In this document: positions 36,699 through 47,913 of the stretch, piece after piece | How the letters are laid out: the number at the start of each line of letters is the position of its first letter | Position numbering within the stretch: position 1 is the stretch's first letter | From: Alphaproteobacteria bacterium | GTDB taxonomy: Bacteria > Pseudomonadota > Alphaproteobacteria > UBA7887 | Reading direction: 5' to 3' | Length of the DNA: 64,000 nucleotides | Assembly: GCA_965216755.1 (NCBI GenBank) | Contig: CBDCGL010000011.1 | Location: 1,824,001 to 1,888,000 of the forward strand | The notes under the pieces: generated by a model | The model's database searches: none | Seen by the model: only the letters and a program-made list of their open reading frames with translations | What the model was told of the DNA's origin: nothing | Position numbers and translations under genes: made by a program

Positions 36699-39038
36699 AT
36701 GAACGCTCCGGAAGCGAGAAACGCGAAATCTGCCGAAAACACAAAAGAACGGACTTCGGGCGTTCATGACGCCGGCGCCAAACTCAGATCTTCAATTGCC
36801 GGCCGGCTTTCCGCACTCAAATTGCGGACGAAGATCCCCGCGATCATTATCGGCGCAGCACTTATTTCAGCCGTCGTCGTGGGTATATTGAGCACGAACA
36901 GGGCAAGCCATGCGTTGCGCGTCGAGGCGGAGAAAAAGTTCCAAGCGTTGGTGGAAGCCAAAAAGAATAGTCTGAGTGATTACTTAGAATTTATTCGCCA
37001 AGATCTGCGCATTATCTCCGGCAACGCCACCGTCCGCGCGGCCCTCGCCGACTTTCGTCGCGGCTGGCAAGATATCGGAATCAACCCCACCCAAAAACTG
37101 CAGCGCCTGTACATTGAAGACAACCCGCATCCGACCGGCAAAAAAGATGATCTGGATTTCGCCAATGACGGCTCGATCTATAGTCGGGCTCACGCCCAGT
37201 ATCACCCATGGATCCGCAGTTTTCTGCGCGAGCACGGCTACTACGACATCTTTCTCTTCGATCCGGATGGCAATCTTGTCTACACAGTCTTCAAGGAACT
37301 TGACTACGCGACCAACTTAAGACGGGGTCAATGGAAGGACACCGACCTCGGCAATGCCTTCCGCGCGGCGCGATCGAGCGGCGTTGCGGGAGAACATTTC
37401 TTTTTCGATTTCAAGCCTTACGCGCCGAGCCACGGCGCGCCCGCCAGTTTCATATCGACCCCAATTGTTGATGACCGGGGCACGCTTGAAGGCGTTCTGG
37501 TTTTCCAAATGCCCATAGATAGGCTCAATGCCACAATGCAGCAAACGGCCGGTATGGGCGAAACCGGCGAGACTTTCATTTTTGGGATTGACAGTCTCAT
37601 GCGGAGCGACTCGCGATTTGCTGCCGAGTCGACGATTTTGGCCAAGAGCGTCGACACGGAAGCCGCCAAACGAGCGCTTGCCGGCGAGCAAGGTGTGTTG
37701 GTGGGAACCGATGCCAGCCGCGGTGAAGTTCTCTCGGCCTATGACTACATTGACTTTCTCGGCACACGGTGGGGGCTGGCGAGCGAAGCGTCGACCGATG
37801 AGGTTTTCGGGCCGATCCGCAGCATGGTCAAGTTCAACGTTCTATTTGGGCTCTTGACACTCGTTGGCGTTTCCGTCCTTGGCTTCTTGTTCGCGCGCAC
37901 CATTGTGCGACCCATGAGCGCACTGTCGACCGTGACAACAGAGATCGCCGAGGGCAACAAATCGGCCGACGTACCTGCACGCGTGCGTCAAGACGAACTC
38001 GGTGACATGGCGCGCGCGGTCGAGATCTTCAAGGCCAACGCCATCAAGATGGAACAATTGGCAGCTGAACAACTTGAAGCTGAACGGCAGGCCGCCGAGG
38101 ATCGTGAAAAGGCCCAGCAGGAGCGTGAGACGGCACGTATCCAACGCGAACACGAAATGAAGGAAACGGAAGAAGCCGCCGAAGCTGAGCGCAAGGCCGC
38201 GCTTACAGCGATGGCCAATAGCTTTGAACAGGCCGTCATGGGTGTGGTCAGCGGGGTCGGCGATTCAGCCAAGGAACTCGAGGTAACGGCCAAGGCGATG
38301 AACCAAACCGTCGATGTCACCAATGAACAGGCCCTGAGCGCGTCATCCGCCACCGAGCAGGCATCGACAAACGTGCAGACGGTGGCTAGCGCTGCGGAAC
38401 AGCTCGCTGCGTCCATTCAAGAGATCACACGCCAAGTCAATCAATCGGCCGACAATTCCAGAGCGGCCACCGGCCTGGCCGAGCGTACGAATGAAACCGT
38501 CGGTGCCCTATCTGAGGCCACCCAACGTATTGGCGAAGTCGTTACCTTGATCAATGACATCGCCAGCCAGACCAACTTGCTCGCGCTGAATGCGACCATC
38601 GAGGCGGCGCGCGCCGGCGATGCCGGCAAAGGGTTTTCGGTCGTCGCCGCGGAAGTCAAAGAACTGGCGAGCCAAACCGCCAAAGCCACCGACGAAATCA
38701 GCCAGCAGATCACCGCAATTCAGCAGACGTCCTCCGGAGCCGTTGATGCGATCGGCGAAATCGCCACCGCCATCGCCGGCATCAACGACCTGGCGACCGG
38801 GATCGCCGCCGCGGTTGAAGAACAGGCGGCGGCCACGAACGAGATCAGTCGCAACGTTCAGGAAGCCGCTTCCGGAACCTCTGTGGTCAGCAGTAATATT
38901 TCGCAGGTCTCCAATGCGGTCGGCGAAACCGGCAGCGCGGCGCAAAGCGTCCTCACCGCCGCCGGCGACCTAACCACAAAGTCCGAGAACTTGCGCCGTG
39001 AAGTTGACGCGTTTCTGAGAGACGTCCGTGCCGCGTAA
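36699..39038 (+). CDS. Methyl-accepting chemotaxis protein (Cache-type sensor, HAMP, MA domain)
   Basis: Two TMs, periplasmic [61 protein letters not shown]. Confidence 0.95.
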   Translation: MNAPEARNAKSAENTKERTSGVHDAGAKLRSSIAGRLSALKLRTKIPAIIIGAALISAVVVGILSTNRASHALRVEAEKKFQALVEAKKNSLSDYLEFIRQDLRIISGNATVRAALADFRRGWQDIGINPTQKLQRLYIEDNPHPTGKKDDLDFANDGSIYSRAHAQYHPWIRSFLREHGYYDIFLFDPDGNLVYTVFKELDYATNLRRGQWKDTDLGNAFRAARSSGVAGEHFFFDFKPYAPSHGAPASFISTPIVDDRGTLEGVLVFQMPIDRLNATMQQTAGMGETGETFIFGIDSLMRSDSRFAAESTILAKSVDTEAAKRALAGEQGVLVGTDASRGEVLSAYDYIDFLGTRWGLASEASTDEVFGPIRSMVKFNVLFGLLTLVGVSVLGFLFARTIVRPMSALSTVTTEIAEGNKSADVPARVRQDELGDMARAVEIFKANAIKMEQLAAEQLEAERQAAEDREKAQQERETARIQREHEMKETEEAAEAERKAALTAMANSFEQAVMGVVSGVGDSAKELEVTAKAMNQTVDVTNEQALSASSATEQASTNVQTVASAAEQLAASIQEITRQVNQSADNSRAATGLAERTNETVGALSEATQRIGEVVTLINDIASQTNLLALNATIEAARAGDAGKGFSVVAAEVKELASQTAKATDEISQQITAIQQTSSGAVDAIGEIATAIAGINDLATGIAAAVEEQAAATNEISRNVQEAASGTSVVSSNISQVSNAVGETGSAAQSVLTAAGDLTTKSENLRREVDAFLRDVRAA

Positions 39039-39044
39039 TACGTG

Positions 39045-39803
39045 TCAGCGCCGCAATTGCCGCTCGAACAGCGCGAACATACGCTCCCAATGGCGTTCGG
39101 CGGCAGGTTTGACGTAGACAGGTCGCGCTGGAAACGCAAAGCCGTGCTCGGTGCCGGGATAGATCTCAACCCGATGCTTGACACCCGCCGCGGTCAAAAT
39201 CCCGGGCAGTGAATCGACCACAGATTGCGGCACGTATTGATCGTTCTCGGCAAACGCCAAGTACAGTTCACCCTTGATCTGTTTGGCCGAAAGATGCGGT
39301 GAATTTTCACCGTCCGTGACGATGCCCACGCCGTAATAAGAGGCGATGGCAGCCATATCGTCCGGGTAGGCAGCCGCCACCGAGACGACATACTGGCCGC
39401 TCATGCAATACCCAACGCAACCAACAGGCCCCGCGGCGGCGGCGGGTGCGGTGCGAATGTGGTCCAGTATGGATTTGGTGTCGTCGACTACCCGGGCATT
39501 GGTCAACGTGTGCATGACCTTGAACATCTTCTGACGCTCATTGTCGTCGCTGCGTATCGTCAGCGGGTCGAAGCCATAAGCGCCTTCCCGGCCGGTTCGA
39601 TAATACATATTCGGCAGCATCACGTAGTAACCGACCGTGCCGATACGCCGCGCCATGTCGCGCAGTTCCTCGCGGATTCCGGGTGCGTCCATGTACATGA
39701 TCACGGCGGGAAATACCCCGCCTTCGTCCGGATGACAGACAAACCCATCCATCATACCATCGGCCGTTGGCATCTCGATTTCATGCTCAATCATCGGCTG
39801 CAT
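39045..39803 (-). CDS. Dienelactone hydrolase family protein
   Basis: MDAPGIR, PNMYYR, nucleophile elbow GYCMSG, YPGTEHGF. Confidence 0.9.
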   Translation of the reverse strand: MQPMIEHEIEMPTADGMMDGFVCHPDEGGVFPAVIMYMDAPGIREELRDMARRIGTVGYYVMLPNMYYRTGREGAYGFDPLTIRSDDNERQKMFKVMHTLTNARVVDDTKSILDHIRTAPAAAAGPVGCVGYCMSGQYVVSVAAAYPDDMAAIASYYGVGIVTDGENSPHLSAKQIKGELYLAFAENDQYVPQSVVDSLPGILTAAGVKHRVEIYPGTEHGFAFPARPVYVKPAAERHWERMFALFERQLRR

Positions 39804-39854
39804 TCCCTCCCCGTTGCGCCATGTGATTCCGGTCTTGCGACCGGACCTTGATTT

Positions 39855-40262
39855 CTAATCATCGGGCCAATCGACTTCGTCTTCGCTGACCAGCTCGCCA
39901 CGCATCGACGGTCCGTGGCTATGAACACGCTCGGGATCGCCGCACACGAGATGGTGCCACTCCGGCAAATCATGTCCAAACGCAACCAAACGATACGCGC
40001 AACTATGGGGCAGCCAATCGAGTTTGCGGATGTTTTTCGGCGTGATTTTCACGCAGTCAGCAACGTTACCTCGGCGATTGGCATAGTCCATGCAACGGTG
40101 TGTATCCAGATCGAGATATCGACAGGCGGCGTCGGTCAGGGCGATCTCATCTGTATCTTCGTCGACCACACGAATCTGGCAGCAAAGGCCGCAGCCGTCG
40201 CACAGCGATTCCCATTCCCGAGGACTCATTTGATCGATCTTCTTGTCGCGCCAAAATGCCAT
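39855..40262 (-). CDS. YcgN (UPF0260) cysteine-cluster protein
   Basis: EWESLCDGCGLCC, C..Y..R, WLPHSCAYR, LPEWHHLVCGD. Confidence 0.9.
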   Translation of the reverse strand: MAFWRDKKIDQMSPREWESLCDGCGLCCQIRVVDEDTDEIALTDAACRYLDLDTHRCMDYANRRGNVADCVKITPKNIRKLDWLPHSCAYRLVAFGHDLPEWHHLVCGDPERVHSHGPSMRGELVSEDEVDWPDD

Positions 40263-40396
40263 ACGGGCCTCGCGCTACGTCGCAGTCTGGGCACCAGCGC
40301 CAACAAACCACACGAGGATTGCGGGAATATCGTCCATCCGGCAAAGTGCGGTCATCTGCTTAGTGAACAGTACACGATCAACGGGAGGTTTTGAGA

Positions 40397-41122
40397 ATGG
40401 CGACCACCGCGCGTGATATCGATGGTGACCGAGGTCCCCGCGATTGGTCGGTTCAACCGCCTTATCTTCACGCCGCTTACAAGTCCACCGTGGCCCGCGC
40501 GCCGACAAAACCGCTGTTGCCGCTGCCGCAAACCGTCTCGGAAATGACGGGGCCGCTGTTTGGCGACGATACCGTGGCGGACATCGACAGCGATCTGACG
40601 CGCAATGCTGCCAAAGACGGAGAGGCCATCGGCGAACGCATTATCGTAACCGGTCGAGTCATGGACGAAGCCGGTCGACCGGTGCCGCGAACATTGGTCG
40701 AAATCTGGCAAGCCAACGCCGCTGGCCGGTACGCCCACTTGAAGGACCTCCATGATGCGCCGCTCGATCCCAATTTCTATGGCGCCGGGCGTTGCATGAC
40801 CGACGACGACGGCGTCTATCGGTTTACCTCTGTCCGACCGGGCGCCTATCCCTGGCGCAACCACGAGAACGCCTGGCGGCCCGCCCACATACACTATTCC
40901 TTGTTCGGTCCCTGTTTGCTGACCCGGCTGGTCACGCAGATGTACTTTCCCGGTGACCCTTTGTTGCCGCTCGATCCGATCTACAACAGTGTGCCGGACG
41001 AAGCCGCGCGCGCGCGCTTAATCGCCGATTACGCGCACGATGTCAGTCAGCCGGAATGGGCGCTCGGCTATCGTTTCGATATCGTATTGCGCGGCCCCAA
41101 GGCCACACCACGGGAGGCGTGA
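40397..41122 (+). CDS. pcaH: Protocatechuate 3,4-dioxygenase beta subunit
   Basis: YKSTVARAP, EIWQANAAGRY, PGAYPW, WRPAHIH, LVTQMYF. Confidence 0.95.
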   Translation: MATTARDIDGDRGPRDWSVQPPYLHAAYKSTVARAPTKPLLPLPQTVSEMTGPLFGDDTVADIDSDLTRNAAKDGEAIGERIIVTGRVMDEAGRPVPRTLVEIWQANAAGRYAHLKDLHDAPLDPNFYGAGRCMTDDDGVYRFTSVRPGAYPWRNHENAWRPAHIHYSLFGPCLLTRLVTQMYFPGDPLLPLDPIYNSVPDEAARARLIADYAHDVSQPEWALGYRFDIVLRGPKATPREA

Positions 41123-41123
41123 C

Positions 41124-41699
41124 ATGCCCACACAAACCGCCAGCCAAACGGTCGGTCCTTTCTTTCACTACGCGTTGATCCGCGAGGGTCAGAATGTCTT
41201 GGTCAACGAGGCCACCGCTGGCGAACGCATCAGGATCGAAGGTACGGTCCGAGATGGCGAAGGCGCGCCGATCCCCGATGCCATGATCGAGATTTGGCAG
41301 GCCAACGCCGCGGGCCGCTACAAGCACCCGGTCGATGTTCAGGATAAGCCGCTTGATCCCGCGTTCAACGGCTATGGTCGGGCACCGACCGATGACGACG
41401 GTCTGTTTTGGTTCGAAACCATCAAACCTGGTGCGGTCCCCGGCAGCGGCAATATGTGGCAAGCCCCCCACATCAATGTCACCGTTTTCGCACGCGGTAT
41501 GCTCAGCCACGCCATGACCCGACTCTATTTTTCCGATGAGACCGACGCGAATGGCGACGATGCCGTCTTGACCTCGATCGAAGACCCCGCGCGGCGCCAA
41601 ACTTTGGTGGCTGAGCGCGAAGATCGCGACGGTCGTCGCGTATACCGTTTCGATATCACGTTGCAGGGCAGCGAAGAAACGGTGTTTTTTGATGGTTAG
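41124..41699 (+). CDS. pcaG: Protocatechuate 3,4-dioxygenase alpha subunit
   Basis: TASQTVGPFF, QAPHINV.VFARG, YRFDI.LQG.ETVFF; follows pcaH. Confidence 0.95.
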   Translation: MPTQTASQTVGPFFHYALIREGQNVLVNEATAGERIRIEGTVRDGEGAPIPDAMIEIWQANAAGRYKHPVDVQDKPLDPAFNGYGRAPTDDDGLFWFETIKPGAVPGSGNMWQAPHINVTVFARGMLSHAMTRLYFSDETDANGDDAVLTSIEDPARRQTLVAEREDRDGRRVYRFDITLQGSEETVFFDG

Positions 41700-41732
41700 C
41701 ATAAACAGCTATCGATCTAGTTTGCGCTGACT

Positions 41733-43079
41733 GTGAGTGATCCGCTTTATGCTCAGCCGGCAATGGCTGCGTTGTTCGATAGTCGGGCGCGCTTACAGGG
41801 TATGCTCGATTTCGAGGCGGCTTTGGCGGCGGCTCAAGCTGATGTCGGATTGATCCCGTCCAAGGCCGCCAAGGAGATTGCCCGGCAGTGCCAGGGCGGT
41901 CTCTATGATCCCGACGAGATATTCGCCGCCGCGGCGCATGCGGGCACGCCAGCCATTCCTCTGGTGAAGGCACTCACCGCACGTGTCGGCGATACGGCGC
42001 GCGGATATGTGCACTGGGGGGCCACCAGCCAAGATGCGGTCGACACCGGTTTGATGCTTCAAATGCGGCGGAGTATCACGCTGTTGGTAGAGCAGTTGAT
42101 TGGCCTTGGCGCGTTGGCGTCAAAGCTCGCCGATCGTCATCAGAGTACGCCGATGGTGGCGCGGACCCTACTGCAACAGGCCCTGCCGATGCCGTTCGGC
42201 CTGAAAGCCGCCCACTGGCTATCGGCCGTGACTCGCGCCATTATCCGCTTGCGCCGCGACAGTAGAGACTCTCTGTGTGTCCAACTTGGTGGCGCCGCCG
42301 GCACGGCCGCCGCCCTCGGCCAGGACGGCGCGCAAATCGCGGCTTTGATGGCCGACCGGCTTGGCCTCGCGACACCCTCCCTGCCCTGGCACACCGAACG
42401 CGATCGAATCGGCGTGGTGACATCGGCCGTGGGCTTGGCGGCAGCAGCCGCAGGCAAGATCGGTCATGACATTGCCGCGCTGATGCAAACCGAAGTGGGT
42501 GAACTGCTGGAATCCGCAGGACCCAATAAGGGTGGTTCGTCAACGTTGCCTCACAAGCGCAACCCGGTCTCTAGCGTGCTTGCCCAAACAGCCACGCGCT
42601 TGGCGGTCGGCCACGCACAAGCGTATTTCGGCACTTTGATCCATGAGCACGAGCGTGCCGTCGGCGCATGGCACGCCGAATGGTCGATTGTTACCGACTT
42701 GTTCTGCACAACATCGGCGGCGGTCAGCTATGCCGCGGACAGCCTAACCAACATTGACGTCGACGAATCGCGGATGCACGAAAATCTTGCGCGCAGCAGC
42801 GGATTGATCATGGCCGAATCGGTCATGATGCATTTGGCAAACCGGATGGGCCGAGCCAACGCCAAGGCTCTGGTGTCCGAACTCTGTCAGTCAGTCGCCA
42901 CGTCGGGAAAGCCCCTGCGTGCACAGCTCGCGGCGGACAAGCGCGTGACCGATCAGGTGTCTGAGCAAGAGCTGGATGCACTGATGGCGCCGGAAACCTA
43001 TTTCGGAAGCGCGGGCATTTACATCGAAAACGCGCGCCGTGACTTTGATCGCGCCGTCGCGGACGAGACGAAACCGTGA
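41733..43079 (+). CDS. pcaB: 3-carboxy-cis,cis-muconate cycloisomerase
   Basis: Fumarase superfamily HWGATSQD, RTLLQQA, GGSSTLPHKRNP, HERAVGAWHAEW; pca context. Confidence 0.9.
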   Translation: MSDPLYAQPAMAALFDSRARLQGMLDFEAALAAAQADVGLIPSKAAKEIARQCQGGLYDPDEIFAAAAHAGTPAIPLVKALTARVGDTARGYVHWGATSQDAVDTGLMLQMRRSITLLVEQLIGLGALASKLADRHQSTPMVARTLLQQALPMPFGLKAAHWLSAVTRAIIRLRRDSRDSLCVQLGGAAGTAAALGQDGAQIAALMADRLGLATPSLPWHTERDRIGVVTSAVGLAAAAAGKIGHDIAALMQTEVGELLESAGPNKGGSSTLPHKRNPVSSVLAQTATRLAVGHAQAYFGTLIHEHERAVGAWHAEWSIVTDLFCTTSAAVSYAADSLTNIDVDESRMHENLARSSGLIMAESVMMHLANRMGRANAKALVSELCQSVATSGKPLRAQLAADKRVTDQVSEQELDALMAPETYFGSAGIYIENARRDFDRAVADETKP

Positions 43080-43912
43080 GTAAGACCAAACTGGCCGGCA
43101 AAGTCGCGCTGATCACGGGCGGCGCGCGCGGCCTGGGACGCGGTTATGCGTTGCGCTTGGCCGGCCTCGGCGCCGATATCGCCATTATCGATCGTAACCT
43201 CAAGGCGGCCGACGTCTACGCGTTCGAACGGGCCTTGCTCACAGCAGACACGGTGATGGAGGAGTGTGAGGCTCTGGGCGTGCGGGCGACCGGCCTGGAA
43301 GTCGATTTGATCAATCGTGGCGCGACCGAGGCGGCGGTCGCCCAAATTGCCGCAGATCTGGGGCGCATCGATATCGCGATCTGCAATGCAGGCGGCGGCA
43401 CTGTGAGGTTCGCTGACGAGCACCCCACACAAGCCGGCGCCAATGCCGTCATGGACGAAGTAACCACGGGAACTCCGGCTGATTGTCCGGACACCATGCT
43501 CGAACGCGTCATGGACCTCAACATCAAAACCTGCATGCACACTTGTATGGCTGTTGCGCCCTATATGAAGCGCCAAGGGGGCGGCAAAATCATCACCGTA
43601 TCGTCGACTGCCGGTGTCGGTGCCCGGGGCAGCTATCATCCCTATGGCACGGCCAAGGCCGCGATCATTCATTACACGCGGGCACTCGCCCAGGAGCTGG
43701 CGCCGTTCAATATCAACGTCAATGCAATTGCGCCGGGAATCATTCGAACCGGGCGACTCGGTGATCGTGCAAGAATGGCCGCGGAACGCGTGCCGTTGGG
43801 ACGCGAAGGCACGATCGATGATTGCGCCGGCGTGGTCGAGTTCCTGGCGACCGACCTGTCCGACTATGTCACCGGACGCACAATCATCATCGACGGTGGA
43901 CTCGAACCATAG
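43076..43912 (+). CDS. SDR family oxidoreductase
   Basis: TGGARGLG, CNAGG, YGTAK, NAIAPG, DGG; GTGA overlap with pcaB. Confidence 0.9.
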   Translation: MSKTKLAGKVALITGGARGLGRGYALRLAGLGADIAIIDRNLKAADVYAFERALLTADTVMEECEALGVRATGLEVDLINRGATEAAVAQIAADLGRIDIAICNAGGGTVRFADEHPTQAGANAVMDEVTTGTPADCPDTMLERVMDLNIKTCMHTCMAVAPYMKRQGGGKIITVSSTAGVGARGSYHPYGTAKAAIIHYTRALAQELAPFNINVNAIAPGIIRTGRLGDRARMAAERVPLGREGTIDDCAGVVEFLATDLSDYVTGRTIIIDGGLEP

Positions 43913-43919
43913 CGCACCC

Positions 43920-45653
43920 TCACCCGTGTGCGAGTGGCGAGGTGACATCGCGAAACGACGGCTCGAACGACGTCACCACGTCGACCACGGTCGGCTTCTC
44001 AGTCGCGAGCGCCTCGGTCAGGGCATCTGCGATCCGGTCCGGGCTCTCGACCCGAATGCCGTTCACACCCATCGCTTTCGCAATCTCGGCGAAGTTCATC
44101 GCCGCAAACGTGCTGGCGATGGTGCGGTTGCCTTGGCCATGCTTGACCCAGCCCAACGCACTGTTGTTCAGGACCACTGCGACAATCGAGATGTTCTCGT
44201 CACGGGCGGTCATGATGCCGTTCATCGCCATGCCGAAACCGCCGTCGCCCGTCACCGCAATCACTTGTCGGCCGGGAAATACAAGCTTTCCGGCCAACGC
44301 CGCCGGTATCGCATAGCCCATGGCTCCTATCCCGGGCATCAGCAATGTGCCCGGTGCTTTGGTCTGAAAATAATGCACCATAAACAGGCGATTCTCGCCC
44401 GCATCACAGGTGAATAACGCATCCGCATCTGTTGCCGCGATGAGTTCTGAAAACAAGCGCTGTGGCATGATCGGCACGTCGCTCGAACTATATCCGACGT
44501 CCTCAAAAAAGCCGTGCGCGGCACGGGCTGCATTCAACGCCTGCTTGCGCGCGGCGATTGTCTCGCCCGTTCGTGCTCCGGTCGCCCTCACCGCATCCGC
44601 GATCTGTGTCAGTGCATCACCGGCGTCCCCAACGACCACCGTATCGCAGGGAAAGGTCCAACTGGCGTTTTTCGGTTCGATATCGATCTGCACCAGCGTC
44701 TGCCTCGCCGGATCAATCAGTGCCGGATTCTCGTTGGCGCTATCCGCGGGACCCAAGCGGGTACCGACAGCCAACACCATGTCCGCGTCGCCGATGACTG
44801 CGTTGGCTGTCGCCTGACCAAAGTTTCCGCAGACGCCCAGCGCCCAATCGGCCGTTTCCGCAAAAACGCCCTTTCCGGACGCGCTAGTGGCGACCGGCGC
44901 GCCGACCAAAGCGGCGAGCGCGGCCAGTTGATCGTAAGCCTGAGCAATGCGCACGCCATTGCCGGCAATGATGACGGGCTGCCGCGCGGCGCTCAACGCG
45001 CGCGCCGCATCCTTGATGCTGTTCGGATCCGCCGCCGGCTTGGCCGGAAGATAATGCGACGTCGGATACAGGAATGGCCTTTGCTTGGGATCGATCGTCC
45101 CCTGAAAACAACCGGAATGATAGATCACACCGACCGGGCCGCGTTCGCCGCTCAGGGCATGCTTAATGGCAAGCTGCGTGGCGTGGACGGCCTGCGCTGG
45201 CTGATGCGCTACCGACGTATATTTGGTCACCGCCGCCAAGGCTTGTTTCGTGTCCACAGCGCCATAGTCGCCGGTGCCACTCTGATAGGGCGCGTGCTGC
45301 GAGTACGGATGAACATCCGACAAATCAGTCAAGACCAGCATCGGTGACGATCCGAAATGTGCCTCGAGGGTGCCGAGAAACCCATTCGCGAGCATAAAGA
45401 TGCCCTGGCCGGTGCACACGCCGGGCTTACCGGTCAGACGACCGTAAACCTCGGCCATTACGCTCGCCAACTGCTCGTGGCGCACCAAAACTGCGCGGAT
45501 GGTCGATTGATGGTCGTATAGCGCGTCGTATAAGCGGCCCATATTGCCGCCCGCGATTCCAAAGACCATGTCGATGCCAGCTTCTTCCAAAACCCGCACA
45601 ATACCTTCGGCGCCACGGATTTCGTCCCGCAAACCAACACTTGTAGTTGCCAT
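43920..45653 (-). CDS. Thiamine-diphosphate-dependent enzyme (acetolactate synthase-like)
   Basis: VRHEQ, YGRLTG, GAMGYAIPAA, GDGGF..LNN ThDP motif. Confidence 0.9.
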   Translation of the reverse strand: MATTSVGLRDEIRGAEGIVRVLEEAGIDMVFGIAGGNMGRLYDALYDHQSTIRAVLVRHEQLASVMAEVYGRLTGKPGVCTGQGIFMLANGFLGTLEAHFGSSPMLVLTDLSDVHPYSQHAPYQSGTGDYGAVDTKQALAAVTKYTSVAHQPAQAVHATQLAIKHALSGERGPVGVIYHSGCFQGTIDPKQRPFLYPTSHYLPAKPAADPNSIKDAARALSAARQPVIIAGNGVRIAQAYDQLAALAALVGAPVATSASGKGVFAETADWALGVCGNFGQATANAVIGDADMVLAVGTRLGPADSANENPALIDPARQTLVQIDIEPKNASWTFPCDTVVVGDAGDALTQIADAVRATGARTGETIAARKQALNAARAAHGFFEDVGYSSSDVPIMPQRLFSELIAATDADALFTCDAGENRLFMVHYFQTKAPGTLLMPGIGAMGYAIPAALAGKLVFPGRQVIAVTGDGGFGMAMNGIMTARDENISIVAVVLNNSALGWVKHGQGNRTIASTFAAMNFAEIAKAMGVNGIRVESPDRIADALTEALATEKPTVVDVVTSFEPSFRDVTSPLAHG

Positions 45654-45907
45654 GTCACCCCCGCCGATATGGTGAGATTTCGCGCGATCGTAACAGCTCG
45701 TCCGTCGCAACCAACGTCGCGCTGCACATGGCACGCCCGCATTGCGCGCCGGGCTCCGCCCTACCCGTATCCGTAACCTTTGCCAGGTCCAGGGATAGCG
45801 CCTCTAAGCACCCATTTGAGGAATCTGCGATGCCGTGGTGATCTTGTCGGCGCACTGGCACGTACAAATCCTCTGTAAGCCACGACTGGCAGGAAGTTAT
45901 CCAGAAC

Positions 45908-46752
45908 GTGAACCGCGATGTCGTCATCATCGGCGCCGGGCCCGGCGGCCTCGCCGCTTCGTTGCTCCTGGCTAATGCCGGATGCAATGTCACCATCCTC
46001 GAGCGCCAACCACGGGTTGGCGGGCGATGTACAGCATTGGAAATCGACGGATTTCGGTTTGATTTGGGTCCAACCTTCTTTTTGCATCCGCGGACCCTAG
46101 AAGAGATTTTCGCGGCCTGCGGCGCGCGCTTGGCGCGGCATTTCACTGATGCGCGAATTCGCCTCGCCTTTTCGTTTCAGAGTAAATATCTCGGTATGTC
46201 ACCATTCGATTGCCCGAATTTGTTTACCATACTATCTTTCATTGAATACGCATTCGGTATCTTTCACCCAATTGGCGGCTGCGGCGCCGTGAGCGAAGCG
46301 ATGGCCGAACTGGCGCGGTCGATAGATGTGCGGATTCGTCTCAATGAGCCGGTCAAGCACTTGGTTTTTTCGGGGCGGCGCGCGGTCGGCGTCGAAACAT
46401 CGGCCGCTCGTTACTGCGCCGATGGCGACCCGCCCGGCTTGAGAAAACCGACTTATCCTGCTCAACCTTCATGATGAACCTCGGCATCAAGGGGCGCATC
46501 GATTCGCTTCAACATCACTCGACCCTGATTGCCGATGACTTTGCCAACGATATGTCCGATGGTCCGAGCGCGGCGGTTTTGCCGGCGCAACCGTCGCTTT
46601 ATGTTCAAAACGCGCGTGTGACCGATCCCGGTCTCGCGCCGACGAATTATAGTCCACTATATGTTTTGGCGCCGGTGGGGAGCTTGCGCGGCGGCACTGA
46701 TTGGCGGCAACAGCGACATCGATTCCGCGAAGTAGTCCTCGACCGGCTCGCT
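45908..46752 (+). pseudogene. Phytoene/diapophytoene desaturase (CrtI/CrtN family) remnant
   Basis: GAGPGG, FDLGPTFF, SKYLGMSP, HPIGG motifs, but large internal deletions, frameshift near 46458 (SCSTFMMNLG in the next frame) and missing C-terminus. Confidence 0.8.
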
Positions 46753-46811
46753 TGCAGATCGGCATCTTCTTCGTCCACAGCGAACTGCCCACCAGACTCG
46801 CACAGACCAAC

Positions 46812-47810
46812 TCACCGAACCCGGCCGATCCATAGGAACGGTCGCCGGGTTGGGCGATCCATGAAGGCGGGCCAGCGCGCCACGGCCGGCGGGATCTGAA
46901 TTGGCACCATGGCCTCTTGTTTGCCGAGCGCGACCAGTTCCGCGACGCGATCCTCCGTACGTGGATGGGTACGCAGAAGGCTTGAATCGACCTGGCGTTG
47001 CCCGGGTCGCAGCACCCTTTGCCACCACTTGGTCTGTGCACCTTCGATACGCAGCAACGCCGCAGCCAAACCGGCCGGATCGCCGGTCAAACGCGCCGCT
47101 TCCGTATCAGCGGCGAACTCGCGTGTCCGCGACAAGGCCAACTGCAATAGATCGACGATCATCGGCGCGGCGATCAGCAAGGCGATGACCGCCCAGGACA
47201 CTGTATCCGCCCCGCCGCCAAGCAAAGGCAAGGCGAAAAAGGCAGCGATCAAGCCGACGAACGACAGGGCGCGGGTCATCCGTCCGATCATCGCCGCCAG
47301 CATCATGACACCGATGTCGTTGTGGCGAATGTGACTGATTTCGTGCGCCATGACACCGGCGAACTCGCGCAAAGGCATGCTCCTGAGCAGTCCGTCAGTC
47401 ACGGCGATGGCGGCATTACCAGGTTTGCCGACCGTTACCGCGTTCATCGTCGGGCTGGGCAGGTAATACAGGGCCGGCAGCGAGTCCAGCTGCGCGCGCG
47501 CGGCGAGCGTGGATACGACCTTGTAGATTTCCGGCGCATCGGCCGCGCGCAGCGGCATCGCCCCCGACAATCGCAGCAAGACCCCGCGTGAGACCCATCG
47601 TGCGATCAACACGCCGAACGCGCCAATCACCGCAAGCCACAAAACGCCCTTCGCGCCCGCGACGATCCAGCCACAGGCGGCCAGCAGGCCGACCATGGCC
47701 AACATCAACGCCCCGGTTTGCAGGGCATTCTGGAAAGCGCGCGCGCGGCGGCGCTCATGATCGATCGGTACAAAGTAAGACGTCACAGTACTCTCATAGG
47801 TAGGAAGCAT
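46812..47810 (-). CDS. htpX: Zinc metalloprotease HtpX (M48)
   Basis: TMs, NA..G, AVTDGLL, HEISH (HExxH), SRTREFAAD, THP..RV. Start uncertain. Confidence 0.85.
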   Translation of the reverse strand: MLPTYESTVTSYFVPIDHERRRARAFQNALQTGALMLAMVGLLAACGWIVAGAKGVLWLAVIGAFGVLIARWVSRGVLLRLSGAMPLRAADAPEIYKVVSTLAARAQLDSLPALYYLPSPTMNAVTVGKPGNAAIAVTDGLLRSMPLREFAGVMAHEISHIRHNDIGVMMLAAMIGRMTRALSFVGLIAAFFALPLLGGGADTVSWAVIALLIAAPMIVDLLQLALSRTREFAADTEAARLTGDPAGLAAALLRIEGAQTKWWQRVLRPGQRQVDSSLLRTHPRTEDRVAELVALGKQEAMVPIQIPPAVARWPAFMDRPTRRPFLWIGRVR

Positions 47811-47913
47811 TCGCCGACCCGACAAGCCGACCATACCCGGTCCGGTAATCGCGACTTTGGGGCCGCCCTGGGGTACCATAGACCCAACGAGCAATGTTCA
47901 AGAGGGGGCGGCG

